A stretch of DNA of 64,000 bases from the NCBI GenBank assembly GCA_013415695.1, contig JAAEEP010000004.1:66324-130323 (forward strand), in the 5' to 3' direction. Source of the stretch: Methanomassiliicoccales archaeon (GTDB taxonomy: Archaea; Thermoplasmatota; Thermoplasmata; Methanomassiliicoccales; JAAEEP01). Shown here piece by piece: positions 1 to 8,211 of this stretch; position 1 is the first letter of the stretch; the number at the start of each line of letters is the position of its first letter. The notes below the pieces were generated by a model. The model worked only from the letters and a program-made list of their open reading frames with translations, did no database searches and was not told the origin of the DNA. The translations under genes were made by a program, and so were the position numbers.

Positions 1-539
1 GGGCAGGCCACCATCACCGCGTCACTTGTCGTTCCGGTAGCCCGGGCTCCAAGTTCCTGAATGGCCGAGGTCTTGGCCTCGGTGATGGGAATGAAGGCGT
101 TTGCCATCCCGGAATCCTCCAAGGGGATGTTGACAATGGCAAGGATGTTGATGGTTCCCGCCTTGAAACTGTCCGACAGGGTGTACATGGGAAGCATCTC
201 TCCGGCCACAACCGCATTGCTGAGGCCAGCGGTGGCTACCACGGCCGCCTCAGCACCGTCCTTCTCCTCTTTAGAGACGCTGAAGACCTTCTTGACATGA
301 GCCGCTGTCATGAATCCCACCGCCTCTTTCCCGAGTCCAAGCTGCTCGCAAACTCTCTCCAGCCTTCTCTCCGGAGCATCGTCGGTGTAGTTCGTGGGAA
401 CCTGCATGATCACAGCGGCTTCCGCAGTGGAGAGACCGCCTCCAACTATGGCGGAGCTCAATGTTCTCATCTTGAAAGGAAAGCGCACGACGACGACATC
501 ACCGCCATCGATCGCATGAAATTCAACCTTTACGTCCAT
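1..539 (-). CDS. cbiZ: Adenosylcobinamide amidohydrolase CbiZ; the gene runs off the left edge of the window
   Basis: Minus-strand reading frame open to position 1, absent from the ORF track because it has no stop in the window. My translation from the ATG at 539-537 is MDVKVEFHAIDGGDVVVVRFPFKMRTLSSAIVGGG...ITEAKTSAIQELGARATGTTSDAV, which fits the CbiZ family pattern. It lies directly downstream of cbiB. Confidence 0.75.
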   Translation of the reverse strand, partial: MDVKVEFHAIDGGDVVVVRFPFKMRTLSSAIVGGGLSTAEAAVIMQVPTNYTDDAPERRLERVCEQLGLGKEAVGFMTAAHVKKVFSVSKEEKDGAEAAVVATAGLSNAVVAGEMLPMYTLSDSFKAGTINILAIVNIPLEDSGMANAFIPITEAKTSAIQELGARATGTTSDAVMVAC

Positions 540-551
540 TATCGGTTCCTC

Positions 552-1547
552 CTAGAATGGTGAAAGCAGTATATTCTCGATCAATATCTGAACATGTATT
601 CCGATCAGTATGAAGAGGGGAAGGGCGAACACGAAGAAGAAGATTAGTGCCGTGAGCCTAACTACCCTATAGGTTTCCATTATCATCTCGGGGTTCTGAG
701 GTAAATTCCCTTCCCCCAACAGGTAGTTGCCTTTTTTCTCCATCTGGAATCGAAGTCCTCCCGCAACCGCAGACATGGGCCAGCCCTTGTTGGGGCTCTT
801 GGTCCGCACATGATCCCTTCGGGCCGCTCTCCATCCAGTATGCCAATCGTTTCCCGTTAGCTTTAGTGCTAGAAGGATGAATGGTATGGAAAGGCGAGCA
901 GGAATGAAATGCAGGACATCGTCAAACTTCGCAGAAAACCATCCAACCTCCTTGTTTCTTTCATTCTCGTAGCCCACCATGGCATCCAGAGTGTTCACCG
1001 CCCTTAGTCCCACGGCTGCTGGAACGCCCCCGAAAGCCATGAAGAACATTGGAGAGATTATGCTGTCGACCAGATTCTCGGCCACGGTCTCGGAGGCGCA
1101 TGAGATAAGATGCGGAGCATCGAGTTCACTAACATCGCGGCTCACCACCATTCTCGCACTGTTCCTCGCACCTTCCAGATCTCCAGCCTCAAGTGCACTC
1201 TGGATCGGCTTGACATGAACGGAGAGCGAGTGTATGGCAAACATCAACTTGAGAACGATCATGCACAGCACTGCCCAGAGAATCGCGCTAAGGAATAACC
1301 GCACCGCCCCGAGAACTACCGTGAAGAGCAGTACGAAAACAATGATAGTAATAAAGGCCAGTAGAACGCCATAAGCCCTCTCACCCTTACTCCCTCGGGG
1401 TATTCTGTTATCGATTGCCCTGATAAATAACCCCATCCAAGCCACCGGGTGAAACCTGTTCGATGGTTCACCGAAGGCCAGATCAAGGGCGAGAGCGCCA
1501 AGAGCGATGATGATCCCGTAAATGACAATATCGTTCATTGTTCTCAC
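552..1547 (-). CDS. cbiB: Adenosylcobinamide-phosphate synthase CbiB/CobD (membrane protein)
   Basis: 331-aa polytopic ORF with the N-terminal 'NRFHPVAWMG' motif typical of CbiB. Operon context with cobD and cbiZ. The true start may be the second Met (MNDIV...). Confidence 0.85.
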   Translation of the reverse strand: MRTMNDIVIYGIIIALGALALDLAFGEPSNRFHPVAWMGLFIRAIDNRIPRGSKGERAYGVLLAFITIIVFVLLFTVVLGAVRLFLSAILWAVLCMIVLKLMFAIHSLSVHVKPIQSALEAGDLEGARNSARMVVSRDVSELDAPHLISCASETVAENLVDSIISPMFFMAFGGVPAAVGLRAVNTLDAMVGYENERNKEVGWFSAKFDDVLHFIPARLSIPFILLALKLTGNDWHTGWRAARRDHVRTKSPNKGWPMSAVAGGLRFQMEKKGNYLLGEGNLPQNPEMIMETYRVVRLTALIFFFVFALPLFILIGIHVQILIENILLSPF

Positions 1548-1556
1548 CCATCGAAC

Positions 1557-2669
1557 TCAGCTCTCCAACACCCTCTTGAAAGCAGAGAGGAAGACGTCGT
1601 TCTTTTCCCTGGTCCTGACCGAGAAGCGGGTATAATTCTCGCAATCATTGCCGAAGGAGGTGCAATCCCTTACCAAGATTCCCTGCTTCAGCATTTGGTC
1701 TTTGAACTCGACCGAAGTGAAGCCAATGTCCTTAAGTGAGGAAAAGAAGAAGAAAGAATCTGGTACCGAGGCCGTTGACATCCCCATTGTCTTGAGCGCC
1801 TCGGACATCCTTCTTTTCTCGCCATCTATGATCTTGCTTGCCTCAGTCACATGAGAATAGTGGTCCCTGACACAGGAGGCTGCTACCCTCTGTTCGATTC
1901 CTCCCATGTTCCATGATAGCCGAGCCTTCTCGAGCTGAGCGATTACACCTAGGCTTCCGATGCCATAGCCCACCCTGAGCCCAGGGAACCCAAAGGACTT
2001 CGTGAGGGAGTTGATGATGAACATGTTACTATGAGATTCGACCTCACCTGCACAGGTATGATTTTGACTCCCCTCCACAAGCTCCAGAAGACACTCGTCC
2101 AGGAAAAGAAGCGCATTCCTCTTCTCCAGCTCCTCCGCGAGCTCGAGAATTTTCTTCTTTGATTCCAACCTACCGGTTGGATTGTTGGGGTTGCAAAGGT
2201 AGACAGCCTTCAGACCTTTGTCCAGCTTGCTGAGGATCTCGTCATAATTCACCCTGAAGTCATTATTCCCGATTAAATGGAAGTTCTTGATGCTGGCGCC
2301 CATCAGCCTGCATCCAAAGGCGTACTCGGAGAAACCGGGCTTGGGGATAAGTACCTCGTCGCCTGGAGAGATAAATACCTCCGGGAAGAGCCTGATGAGC
2401 TCTGAGGATCCCGCTCCAGCGATCACGCAGTCGATGGGCACCTTATAATGATCGGACAGGGCTTCCCTGAACTCCAGGGAGTAATCATCGGGATAGTGGT
2501 CCACCTCCTGCACATATTCCGCAATCAATTCGCCCAGACATGGTAGCGGACCGAGAGGGTTCAGGTTCGAACTGAAGTCCTCGATCTCGCCCAGTTTCCA
2601 GGCGGTCCCCCCGTGAAATGGTTTCTGAAGTGACAGTATCTCCTTTCTGACTATTAAGCTTGGATCCAT
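1557..2669 (-). CDS. cobD: PLP-dependent HisC/CobD-family enzyme, probably L-threonine-O-3-phosphate decarboxylase
   Basis: 370 aa with 'YLCNPNNPTG' and the PLP-lysine region 'NSLTKSFGFPGLRVGY'. The family call is firm. The CobD assignment is inferred from its position between btuD and cbiB. Confidence 0.65.
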   Translation of the reverse strand: MDPSLIVRKEILSLQKPFHGGTAWKLGEIEDFSSNLNPLGPLPCLGELIAEYVQEVDHYPDDYSLEFREALSDHYKVPIDCVIAGAGSSELIRLFPEVFISPGDEVLIPKPGFSEYAFGCRLMGASIKNFHLIGNNDFRVNYDEILSKLDKGLKAVYLCNPNNPTGRLESKKKILELAEELEKRNALLFLDECLLELVEGSQNHTCAGEVESHSNMFIINSLTKSFGFPGLRVGYGIGSLGVIAQLEKARLSWNMGGIEQRVAASCVRDHYSHVTEASKIIDGEKRRMSEALKTMGMSTASVPDSFFFFSSLKDIGFTSVEFKDQMLKQGILVRDCTSFGNDCENYTRFSVRTREKNDVFLSAFKRVLES

Positions 2670-2682
2670 GATATCAACTGTT

Positions 2683-3489
2683 TCAGTTCAGTGATTTCAC
2701 TGTGTTATTGGGAACGACGAATATGCTACCGTTATTCCTGATGACATCCGCCTCCACACCGTAAACATCCCTGATCAGGTCTTCGGTGATCACTTCTTTG
2801 GGATCGCCAAAGGCCACAATCTCTCCCTTGCTGAGGATGATCACCTTGTCGCAGTACTTGGCCAGGAGATTGATGTCATGAGACGCCACAATGATTGAGA
2901 TACCATTTGCTAGCAGGGAGCGGAGATGCTCCATTGATTCCAATTTGTATTTGAGATCCAGATGGGCAGATGGCTCATCCACCAACATGACTTTGGGTGT
3001 CTGCACCACTGCCTTCGCAAGGAGCGCTCGCTGCCTCTCACCGCTGCTGATCTCGTTCATCTTTCGATCCTTGAGGTGTTGGACCTGGAAGTCAGAGAGT
3101 GCTTTCATAACCATTTCCTCGTCTTCCTCTTTCTCCCACCATAATCCCTGGACGTAGGGGTAGCGGCCCATGAAGACCAGGTCCTGAACGGTCATATTGA
3201 AGTCGTCGGGAAACTCCGTCGGCACGTTCGCGCAGATCTGGGCCATTTCTGAGAGCTTCATCTTGCTTACCTCATGACCATTGACCATTATGCATCCCGC
3301 TTTGGGCTTCAGGATGCCGTTGATGCATCGAAGGAGCGTGCTTTTACCAGAGCCATTGGGACCGATGAGGCCAATGAATTGACCTCGCTTCCCCTCAATG
3401 GTCAATCCCTTGAGGGCTTCGACGCTGCCATAGGAGAATTTTACTCCCTCGATCTTGATCATGACTGAATTGCCATTCTCACCCGACAT
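2683..3489 (-). CDS. btuD: ABC transporter ATPase (FepC/BtuD type)
   Basis: Walker A 'GPNGSGKST', signature 'SSGERQR', Walker B 'VMLVDEPSAHLD'. It overlaps the permease gene by 11 nt. The corrinoid substrate is inferred from the operon. Confidence 0.85.
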   Translation of the reverse strand: MSGENGNSVMIKIEGVKFSYGSVEALKGLTIEGKRGQFIGLIGPNGSGKSTLLRCINGILKPKAGCIMVNGHEVSKMKLSEMAQICANVPTEFPDDFNMTVQDLVFMGRYPYVQGLWWEKEEDEEMVMKALSDFQVQHLKDRKMNEISSGERQRALLAKAVVQTPKVMLVDEPSAHLDLKYKLESMEHLRSLLANGISIIVASHDINLLAKYCDKVIILSKGEIVAFGDPKEVITEDLIRDVYGVEADVIRNNGSIFVVPNNTVKSLN

Positions 3490-4522
3490 ATTCCTTCCCC
3501 CTCCGTATCATGAGATATGCAAAGAACGGAGCCCCGATCAGGGATATTATTGCACCGACTGGAAGCTCCAAAGGCCTTGCAGCCACTCTGGCCACAATAT
3601 CGGCCAGGAGTAAGATGTTTGCGCCCATGAGCATGGACATGGGCAACAGGATCCTGTGGTCGCTCCCCACTATCAACCTCGAGGTGTGGGGAACGATGAG
3701 CCCAAGGAACATTATGATGCCAGTGAATGCAACGCTGAACGCCGTCAGAATCGATGCCAATATCATGCACAGGCGCTTGAAATTGCGGACATTGAGACCC
3801 AGCTGTCGTGCCTGTTCGTCGCCCAGTAGAATAAGGTTCAGTTCCCTTGCATACAATCCTATTCCAATGGTCAGGGCAAGCACGGGTATCAGTATTATCC
3901 AGACATTGGTCCAGGACACTCCCGTGAAGCTTCCGTAAAGCCAGAACAGAATCCCATGAACGTCGTCTCCGGCGAACAGTAGAATCATTGTAGTGAACGC
4001 GGATAACCCTAGACCGACCACCACTCCTGCCAGGACGTAGGTTATGGGTCGTCCCCCTGCGGACTCCGCTAGCAGGATGGTGCAAGCAAAGGCTCCGATC
4101 GCTCCGATGAATGCCGCTATCGGAACAGTGAATGTCAAGGAGCCGAAGAATGTTATTCCTGATGACATGGCGATGGCCGCGGCAAGTCCTGCACCAGATG
4201 ATATTCCAGTAATGTATGGGTCCACAAGCGGATTCCTTATCACCGCCTGAAGGACCACTCCCGCTACTGAAAGGCCTATCCCCACTCCAATGACGCCCAG
4301 TCCCCGGGGGAGCCGTAGGTTGTAAACAATGCTCTCGAGGGGGGTCAGGTCCTGACCGCCTTTCGCAATCGCACTGAACAGCGCGTCCATTACCTCGAAG
4401 AACCCGTATTCCACCGCTCCTACTGAAAGGTAAGCGATGAAGAAAATAAAAAGGGCGACGATTCCGATGATAGAGATCACTACTAGTCTCAATCGTCTCT
4501 GTTCGATTATGGAATCGGCCAT
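3479..4522 (-). CDS. btuC: FecCD-family ABC permease (BtuC-like)
   Basis: 347-aa highly hydrophobic ORF with a multi-TM pattern ('RLPRGLGVIGVGIGLSVAG', 'LIGAPFFAYLM'). It sits between the binding-protein and ATPase genes. Confidence 0.85.
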   Translation of the reverse strand: MADSIIEQRRLRLVVISIIGIVALFIFFIAYLSVGAVEYGFFEVMDALFSAIAKGGQDLTPLESIVYNLRLPRGLGVIGVGIGLSVAGVVLQAVIRNPLVDPYITGISSGAGLAAAIAMSSGITFFGSLTFTVPIAAFIGAIGAFACTILLAESAGGRPITYVLAGVVVGLGLSAFTTMILLFAGDDVHGILFWLYGSFTGVSWTNVWIILIPVLALTIGIGLYARELNLILLGDEQARQLGLNVRNFKRLCMILASILTAFSVAFTGIIMFLGLIVPHTSRLIVGSDHRILLPMSMLMGANILLLADIVARVAARPLELPVGAIISLIGAPFFAYLMIRRGKEYVG

Positions 4523-4536
4523 TTATACACCAGTTC

Positions 4537-5613
4537 TCAGACATATCCGACGCTGCCCTGCACTTCTAGAGTCGTCGAAACTGATCCCGATGTCTGGGAG
4601 GGTATGTAATCCACATAGTCAGCGCCTATCACGTTGGGCACTGTAACACCGAAATCATCTGGGAAGAGTATTACTGCAAGCAGTTCGACTGCATCGACCA
4701 CCCTTACCGACTGTCGGTTGAAGATGTCCTCGCCATCGCCATAGAGTATGTAGACCTTGCCATTCTGAACAGCTGGTATCTGGTTCCATAGTGGATCATC
4801 CTCGAGTGACTGGATGATTTCCTCAGGAGTGGACATCATCATGGTCGCGGTTATCGTGATGACCTCTGGCTGACTGTCGATGATCTGCTCCATGCTGACC
4901 GTTGGCCATCCGTTCATGTATGCGAAGATGTTCTCCCCACCCGCTAGTGTGATGACCTCCGAGGCGAAGGTGGCGCCACCACAGGTGTAGACTGGCTCAA
5001 GCCAAACAGCATGCAGCATTTTTACCGGATCATGCCCGCTGATGGTACTCTCAACGAAATCGACCCTATCCTTCATGGACTGTATCAGGTCTGATGCGGC
5101 TTTCATTCTATCGCAAATCTCACCCAAGATCTCAATGTTCTGGTATATCTCAGTGAGGTTCTCTCCTTTCCAGGCCACAAAGGCTTTGATGCCCATGTTC
5201 CCAAGTTGCCCGGCGATAGTTGCGTGAGAGGCAACCCCTCCGTCGAGCACCACGAGATCAGGTTCAAGGTTGATTATGATCTCAAGATTTGGGTCCCAAT
5301 AGCCCCCAACAGAGGTCACGGTTCCATTCTCCTTCATACTGAGCACCTCGGTTGGCCAGTTGCAGTATTCTGTGATGCCAATAACCTTGTCACCTAGTCC
5401 AAGAGCAAAGATCATCTCGGTGTTTCCTGGTGCGGCGGAGATTATCCTCTCTGGAACCTCCTCGAAAGTGATCTCCCTCCCAAGCGCATCTGTGACTGGA
5501 ATTGGATATTCTGTTCTAATCTCCTTTGGTGAAAAGAGAACCATGTAGCTTACGGAGATAAGCACGATTCCCAGTATCACGACGAGGATCATTGACTTCG
5601 TTACTGACTTCAA
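4537..5613 (-). CDS. btuF: Substrate-binding protein of the ABC importer (BtuF-like), membrane-anchored
   Basis: N-terminal TM anchor 'MILVVILGIVLISVSYMVLF'. 'PERIISAAPGNTEMIFALGLGDKVIGIT' is typical of class-III periplasmic binding proteins. TTG start with GGAGG 7 nt upstream. Confidence 0.8.
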   Translation of the reverse strand: MKSVTKSMILVVILGIVLISVSYMVLFSPKEIRTEYPIPVTDALGREITFEEVPERIISAAPGNTEMIFALGLGDKVIGITEYCNWPTEVLSMKENGTVTSVGGYWDPNLEIIINLEPDLVVLDGGVASHATIAGQLGNMGIKAFVAWKGENLTEIYQNIEILGEICDRMKAASDLIQSMKDRVDFVESTISGHDPVKMLHAVWLEPVYTCGGATFASEVITLAGGENIFAYMNGWPTVSMEQIIDSQPEVITITATMMMSTPEEIIQSLEDDPLWNQIPAVQNGKVYILYGDGEDIFNRQSVRVVDAVELLAVILFPDDFGVTVPNVIGADYVDYIPSQTSGSVSTTLEVQGSVGYV

Positions 5614-5652
5614 TCGGTTTCCTCCCTGGAATCAATTTCCTAGGTTTTGGGT

Positions 5653-5734
5653 AATCCATCCAGCTGTGGATTGGAGTACATTGGATTATACATCCAATTG
5701 GGGTCCAATCTAGAGTTGGATGAATTATCCAACT
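5653..5734. promoter_or_regulatory. Cluster of TTGGAT/ATCCAA palindromes in the divergent btuF/dcd intergenic region (putative operators)
   Basis: Read directly. AATCCA..TGGATT spans 5653-5672 with core ATCCA-GCTG-TGGAT at 5658-5671. ATTGGAT-tatac-ATCCAAT is at 5680-5698. AGTTGGAT-gaatt-ATCCAACT is at 5714-5734. An extra TCCAA/TTGGA pair lies at 5704-5720. TATA-like 'atatataaa' follows at 5753-5761. Confidence 0.5.
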
Positions 5735-5858
5735 GATAGTCTAATGGACTCGATATATAAATCTTTTTTCAGAATTGCTCGACCAATCCCGAAGGATTCT
5801 GAAGGATCGATCGCAATTCCAGAAAGTAAGTTCTAGGAGGACCACCATTCCACCTAAG

Positions 5859-6356
5859 ATGTGCATCATACCAGACCACGAAATTCTATCAAGGATGGAA
5901 AGCGGAAATCTAAGAATTGAGGATTTCAATGAGCAATCGCTTACCCCCAATGGTTACGACCTTCGGATATCAGAGATATCCATTCCTTCAACGGATGAGC
6001 TTTTTGGTGAGGGGAAGGTTGCCATTCCATCCATGACCCGATTCTTCGTTTCCACGATAGAGTATGTGGCACTACCAAATGACGTCAGTGCCCAGCTCTG
6101 GCTTAGGACCTCTTGGATAAGGAAGGGGATAGTAGCGGGTTTGGGCAAGGTGGATGCAGGTTTCCAGGGTACCCTTACATTCTCGGGATTCAACTTCTCG
6201 GATTCGCCCATCGAAATCGACATCGGGGACAGGTTTGTCCAGATCGTCTTTGAGAAGTTGTGCTCCATACCTACTCTTCCCTATGATAAAAGGAGCGGAC
6301 ATTATCAGGGGCAGCGGGGAATCACCCTCAAACCGGTGAACAAGGTCGATGAATGA
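5859..6356 (+). CDS. dcd: dCTP deaminase / dUTPase-family protein
   Basis: 'NGYDLRISEI', 'RTSWIRKGI' and 'GKVDAGFQGTLTFSGFNFS' match the dCTP deaminase trimeric dUTPase fold. The start was moved to the ATG at 5859 (MCIIPDHEIL...) because the ORF-track start at 5775 lies too close to the TATA at 5753-5761. Confidence 0.8.
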   Translation: MCIIPDHEILSRMESGNLRIEDFNEQSLTPNGYDLRISEISIPSTDELFGEGKVAIPSMTRFFVSTIEYVALPNDVSAQLWLRTSWIRKGIVAGLGKVDAGFQGTLTFSGFNFSDSPIEIDIGDRFVQIVFEKLCSIPTLPYDKRSGHYQGQRGITLKPVNKVDE

Positions 6357-7356
6357 GCACTAGATCGGCGGAGTAAACGCTCATTGTGGGTGAGTAGGTC
6401 TTCAGCTCTTCTAATCGCATCAGGTCAAGATCGATTCCCTTCCCCTTAAGTTCTGAGACTAGATCTCCCACGAATCCGTCTATCGCTTCCCTTTCACAGA
6501 TCGTGTAGAAATGGATGATGCCCATTGGATTGAGATTCATGGAGGCGATCTCCAGGAATTCATGCGCGGAATGGGGTAGGTTCATAATGATCCTGTCTGC
6601 GGGAGGCAGACTTCCAATAAGCTCCCTGGCATCTCCAAGCAAAGGATTCACGCCTTTGACCTTGTTAATTACTATGTTCTCCTTCATGAGCGCTACTGCT
6701 TCTGGGTTCATGTCGATCCCATGGATCTCTCGGGCAGAAGCGTACTTGGCGATCATTATGGAGAAGGGTCCTACGCCTGCGAACATGTCAATGACGGTCT
6801 CCCCTCTCCCAACGAGGGATGATATTCTCCATCTCTCGCTTGCCAACCTTGGGTTGAAGTATACCTTGGAGACGTCCACCTTGAAATGCAGACCGAACTC
6901 TGTGTGCATAGTGATTGTAGAAGGTCCACCGCTGATGATCTCGATCTCTCTGACCCTGAACTCACCCTGAACTCCCTTGTCCATTGCGACCGTTCTCAAT
7001 CTTGACAGCGCCTCCCGCATCGCATCCCCAATATTCCGCCTGAATGGTAACAACTCGTCAACCAGGCGGACTATTGCTATGTCCCCCACAACATCATAGG
7101 ATGTTGGTAAGAGCCCTGCCAGGTCACTTGGTACCTTGACCAGCCTACGATAGTCGGTCTCAAGGACATCGCGCTCCTCAAAGTCCGCGAGCATCAGATC
7201 CATTTCCCCCATAGCCTCTGGATCGTTGACAGGAAGTAGAAGGTATTCTCCCTCACCCCTAATCTTAAGAGAAATGTCTAGGAGGCTTGCTTCTAAAAGC
7301 TTTTTACGAGCCGATTCCCCTTCTCCTCTCGGTATCTTCACACACCATGAACGCAC
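6328..7356 (-). CDS. trm5: tRNA (guanine37-N1)-methyltransferase Trm5/Taw22 family
   Basis: 342 aa with SAM-binding 'VIDMFAGVGPFSI' and 'IMNLPHSA' motifs characteristic of Trm5/TYW2. The 3' end overlaps the 3' end of dcd by 29 nt (convergent). Confidence 0.8.
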   Translation of the reverse strand: MRSWCVKIPRGEGESARKKLLEASLLDISLKIRGEGEYLLLPVNDPEAMGEMDLMLADFEERDVLETDYRRLVKVPSDLAGLLPTSYDVVGDIAIVRLVDELLPFRRNIGDAMREALSRLRTVAMDKGVQGEFRVREIEIISGGPSTITMHTEFGLHFKVDVSKVYFNPRLASERWRISSLVGRGETVIDMFAGVGPFSIMIAKYASAREIHGIDMNPEAVALMKENIVINKVKGVNPLLGDARELIGSLPPADRIIMNLPHSAHEFLEIASMNLNPMGIIHFYTICEREAIDGFVGDLVSELKGKGIDLDLMRLEELKTYSPTMSVYSADLVLIHRPCSPV

Positions 7357-7365
7357 GGTGGTATC

Positions 7366-8157
7366 ATGGGCGAATTGATATTTGTCGGTTTAGGGCTAGG
7401 CGGACCAAAGGACATGAGCAGGCGCGCCTTCGAACATATAAGGGAAGCGGACGAGGTATTTGCCGAGTTCTACACCTCTTCGCTGATAGACTGTACTGTC
7501 CAAGATCTGGAAGAAGAGCTGGGGAGAACCATCATTGTATTGGAGAGAAAGGAGGTCGAGGAGGAGGATCGCATAGTGGAGGCCGCCAGGAAAGAAAAGG
7601 TGGCGTTCATCACTGCGGGGGATACCATGGCCGCCACCACCCATGTAGAAATTAGGTTGAGAGCGGAGGAGTTTGGAATACCAACCACACTTATACATGG
7701 AGTTTCCATCTTCACGGCCGCGGCATCCGCCCTGGGTCTCCAGCCATACAAGTTCGGTAGGACAGTGACCCTACCCCTTCCTGAGCCGGGATACTTTCCC
7801 ACCAGCCCCTATGACAATATTGTGGAGAACAAGGAAAGAGGTCTGCACACCCTATTGCTCCTGGACATCAGGCGGGACGAAAATAGGTACATGAGCTCCA
7901 TGGAGGCAGTAGAATGGTTGATGGAGGCTGAGGGCAAAGTAGGGAAGGGACTGATCCACGAGAAAACGTTGATTTGCGCTGCGGCTAGGGTAGGTTCCTC
8001 AAGCGAGAAAGTGGCGGCTGGATACCCCAATCGGATGTTGAAACTGGACATGGGACCCCCGCTTCACTGCCTCGTGATACCTGGCAAGCTCCACTTCATG
8101 GAAGCGAAGTTCCTGGTAAGCTTCGCCTCAGCCCCAGGAGATATTGTTAAGGACTGA
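7366..8157 (+). CDS. dphB: Diphthine synthase
   Basis: 263 aa. The N-terminus 'LIFVGLGLGGPKDMS' and overall tetrapyrrole-methylase-like pattern are typical of archaeal DphB/Dph5. Confidence 0.85.
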   Translation: MGELIFVGLGLGGPKDMSRRAFEHIREADEVFAEFYTSSLIDCTVQDLEEELGRTIIVLERKEVEEEDRIVEAARKEKVAFITAGDTMAATTHVEIRLRAEEFGIPTTLIHGVSIFTAAASALGLQPYKFGRTVTLPLPEPGYFPTSPYDNIVENKERGLHTLLLLDIRRDENRYMSSMEAVEWLMEAEGKVGKGLIHEKTLICAAARVGSSSEKVAAGYPNRMLKLDMGPPLHCLVIPGKLHFMEAKFLVSFASAPGDIVKD

Positions 8158-8211
8158 AATCCGATAGGTCCAAATCAAAGAATCACGCTATTGTCGAACT
8201 TGAATTCTTGA

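Noticed and set aside
3459-4544. 361-aa ORF on the minus strand overlapping the whole btuC gene in another frame
   Set aside because: The translation is Arg/Gly/His/Ser-rich with no motif or TM pattern. The alternative frame (3479-4522) gives a clean FecCD permease, so this is a shadow ORF.
5614-5774. Cobalamin riboswitch in the btuF leader
   Set aside because: Reading the minus-strand leader, I find no B12-box-like conserved core and no multi-helix GC-rich structure. The region is instead dominated by short DNA palindromes. An Infernal scan is still needed for certainty.
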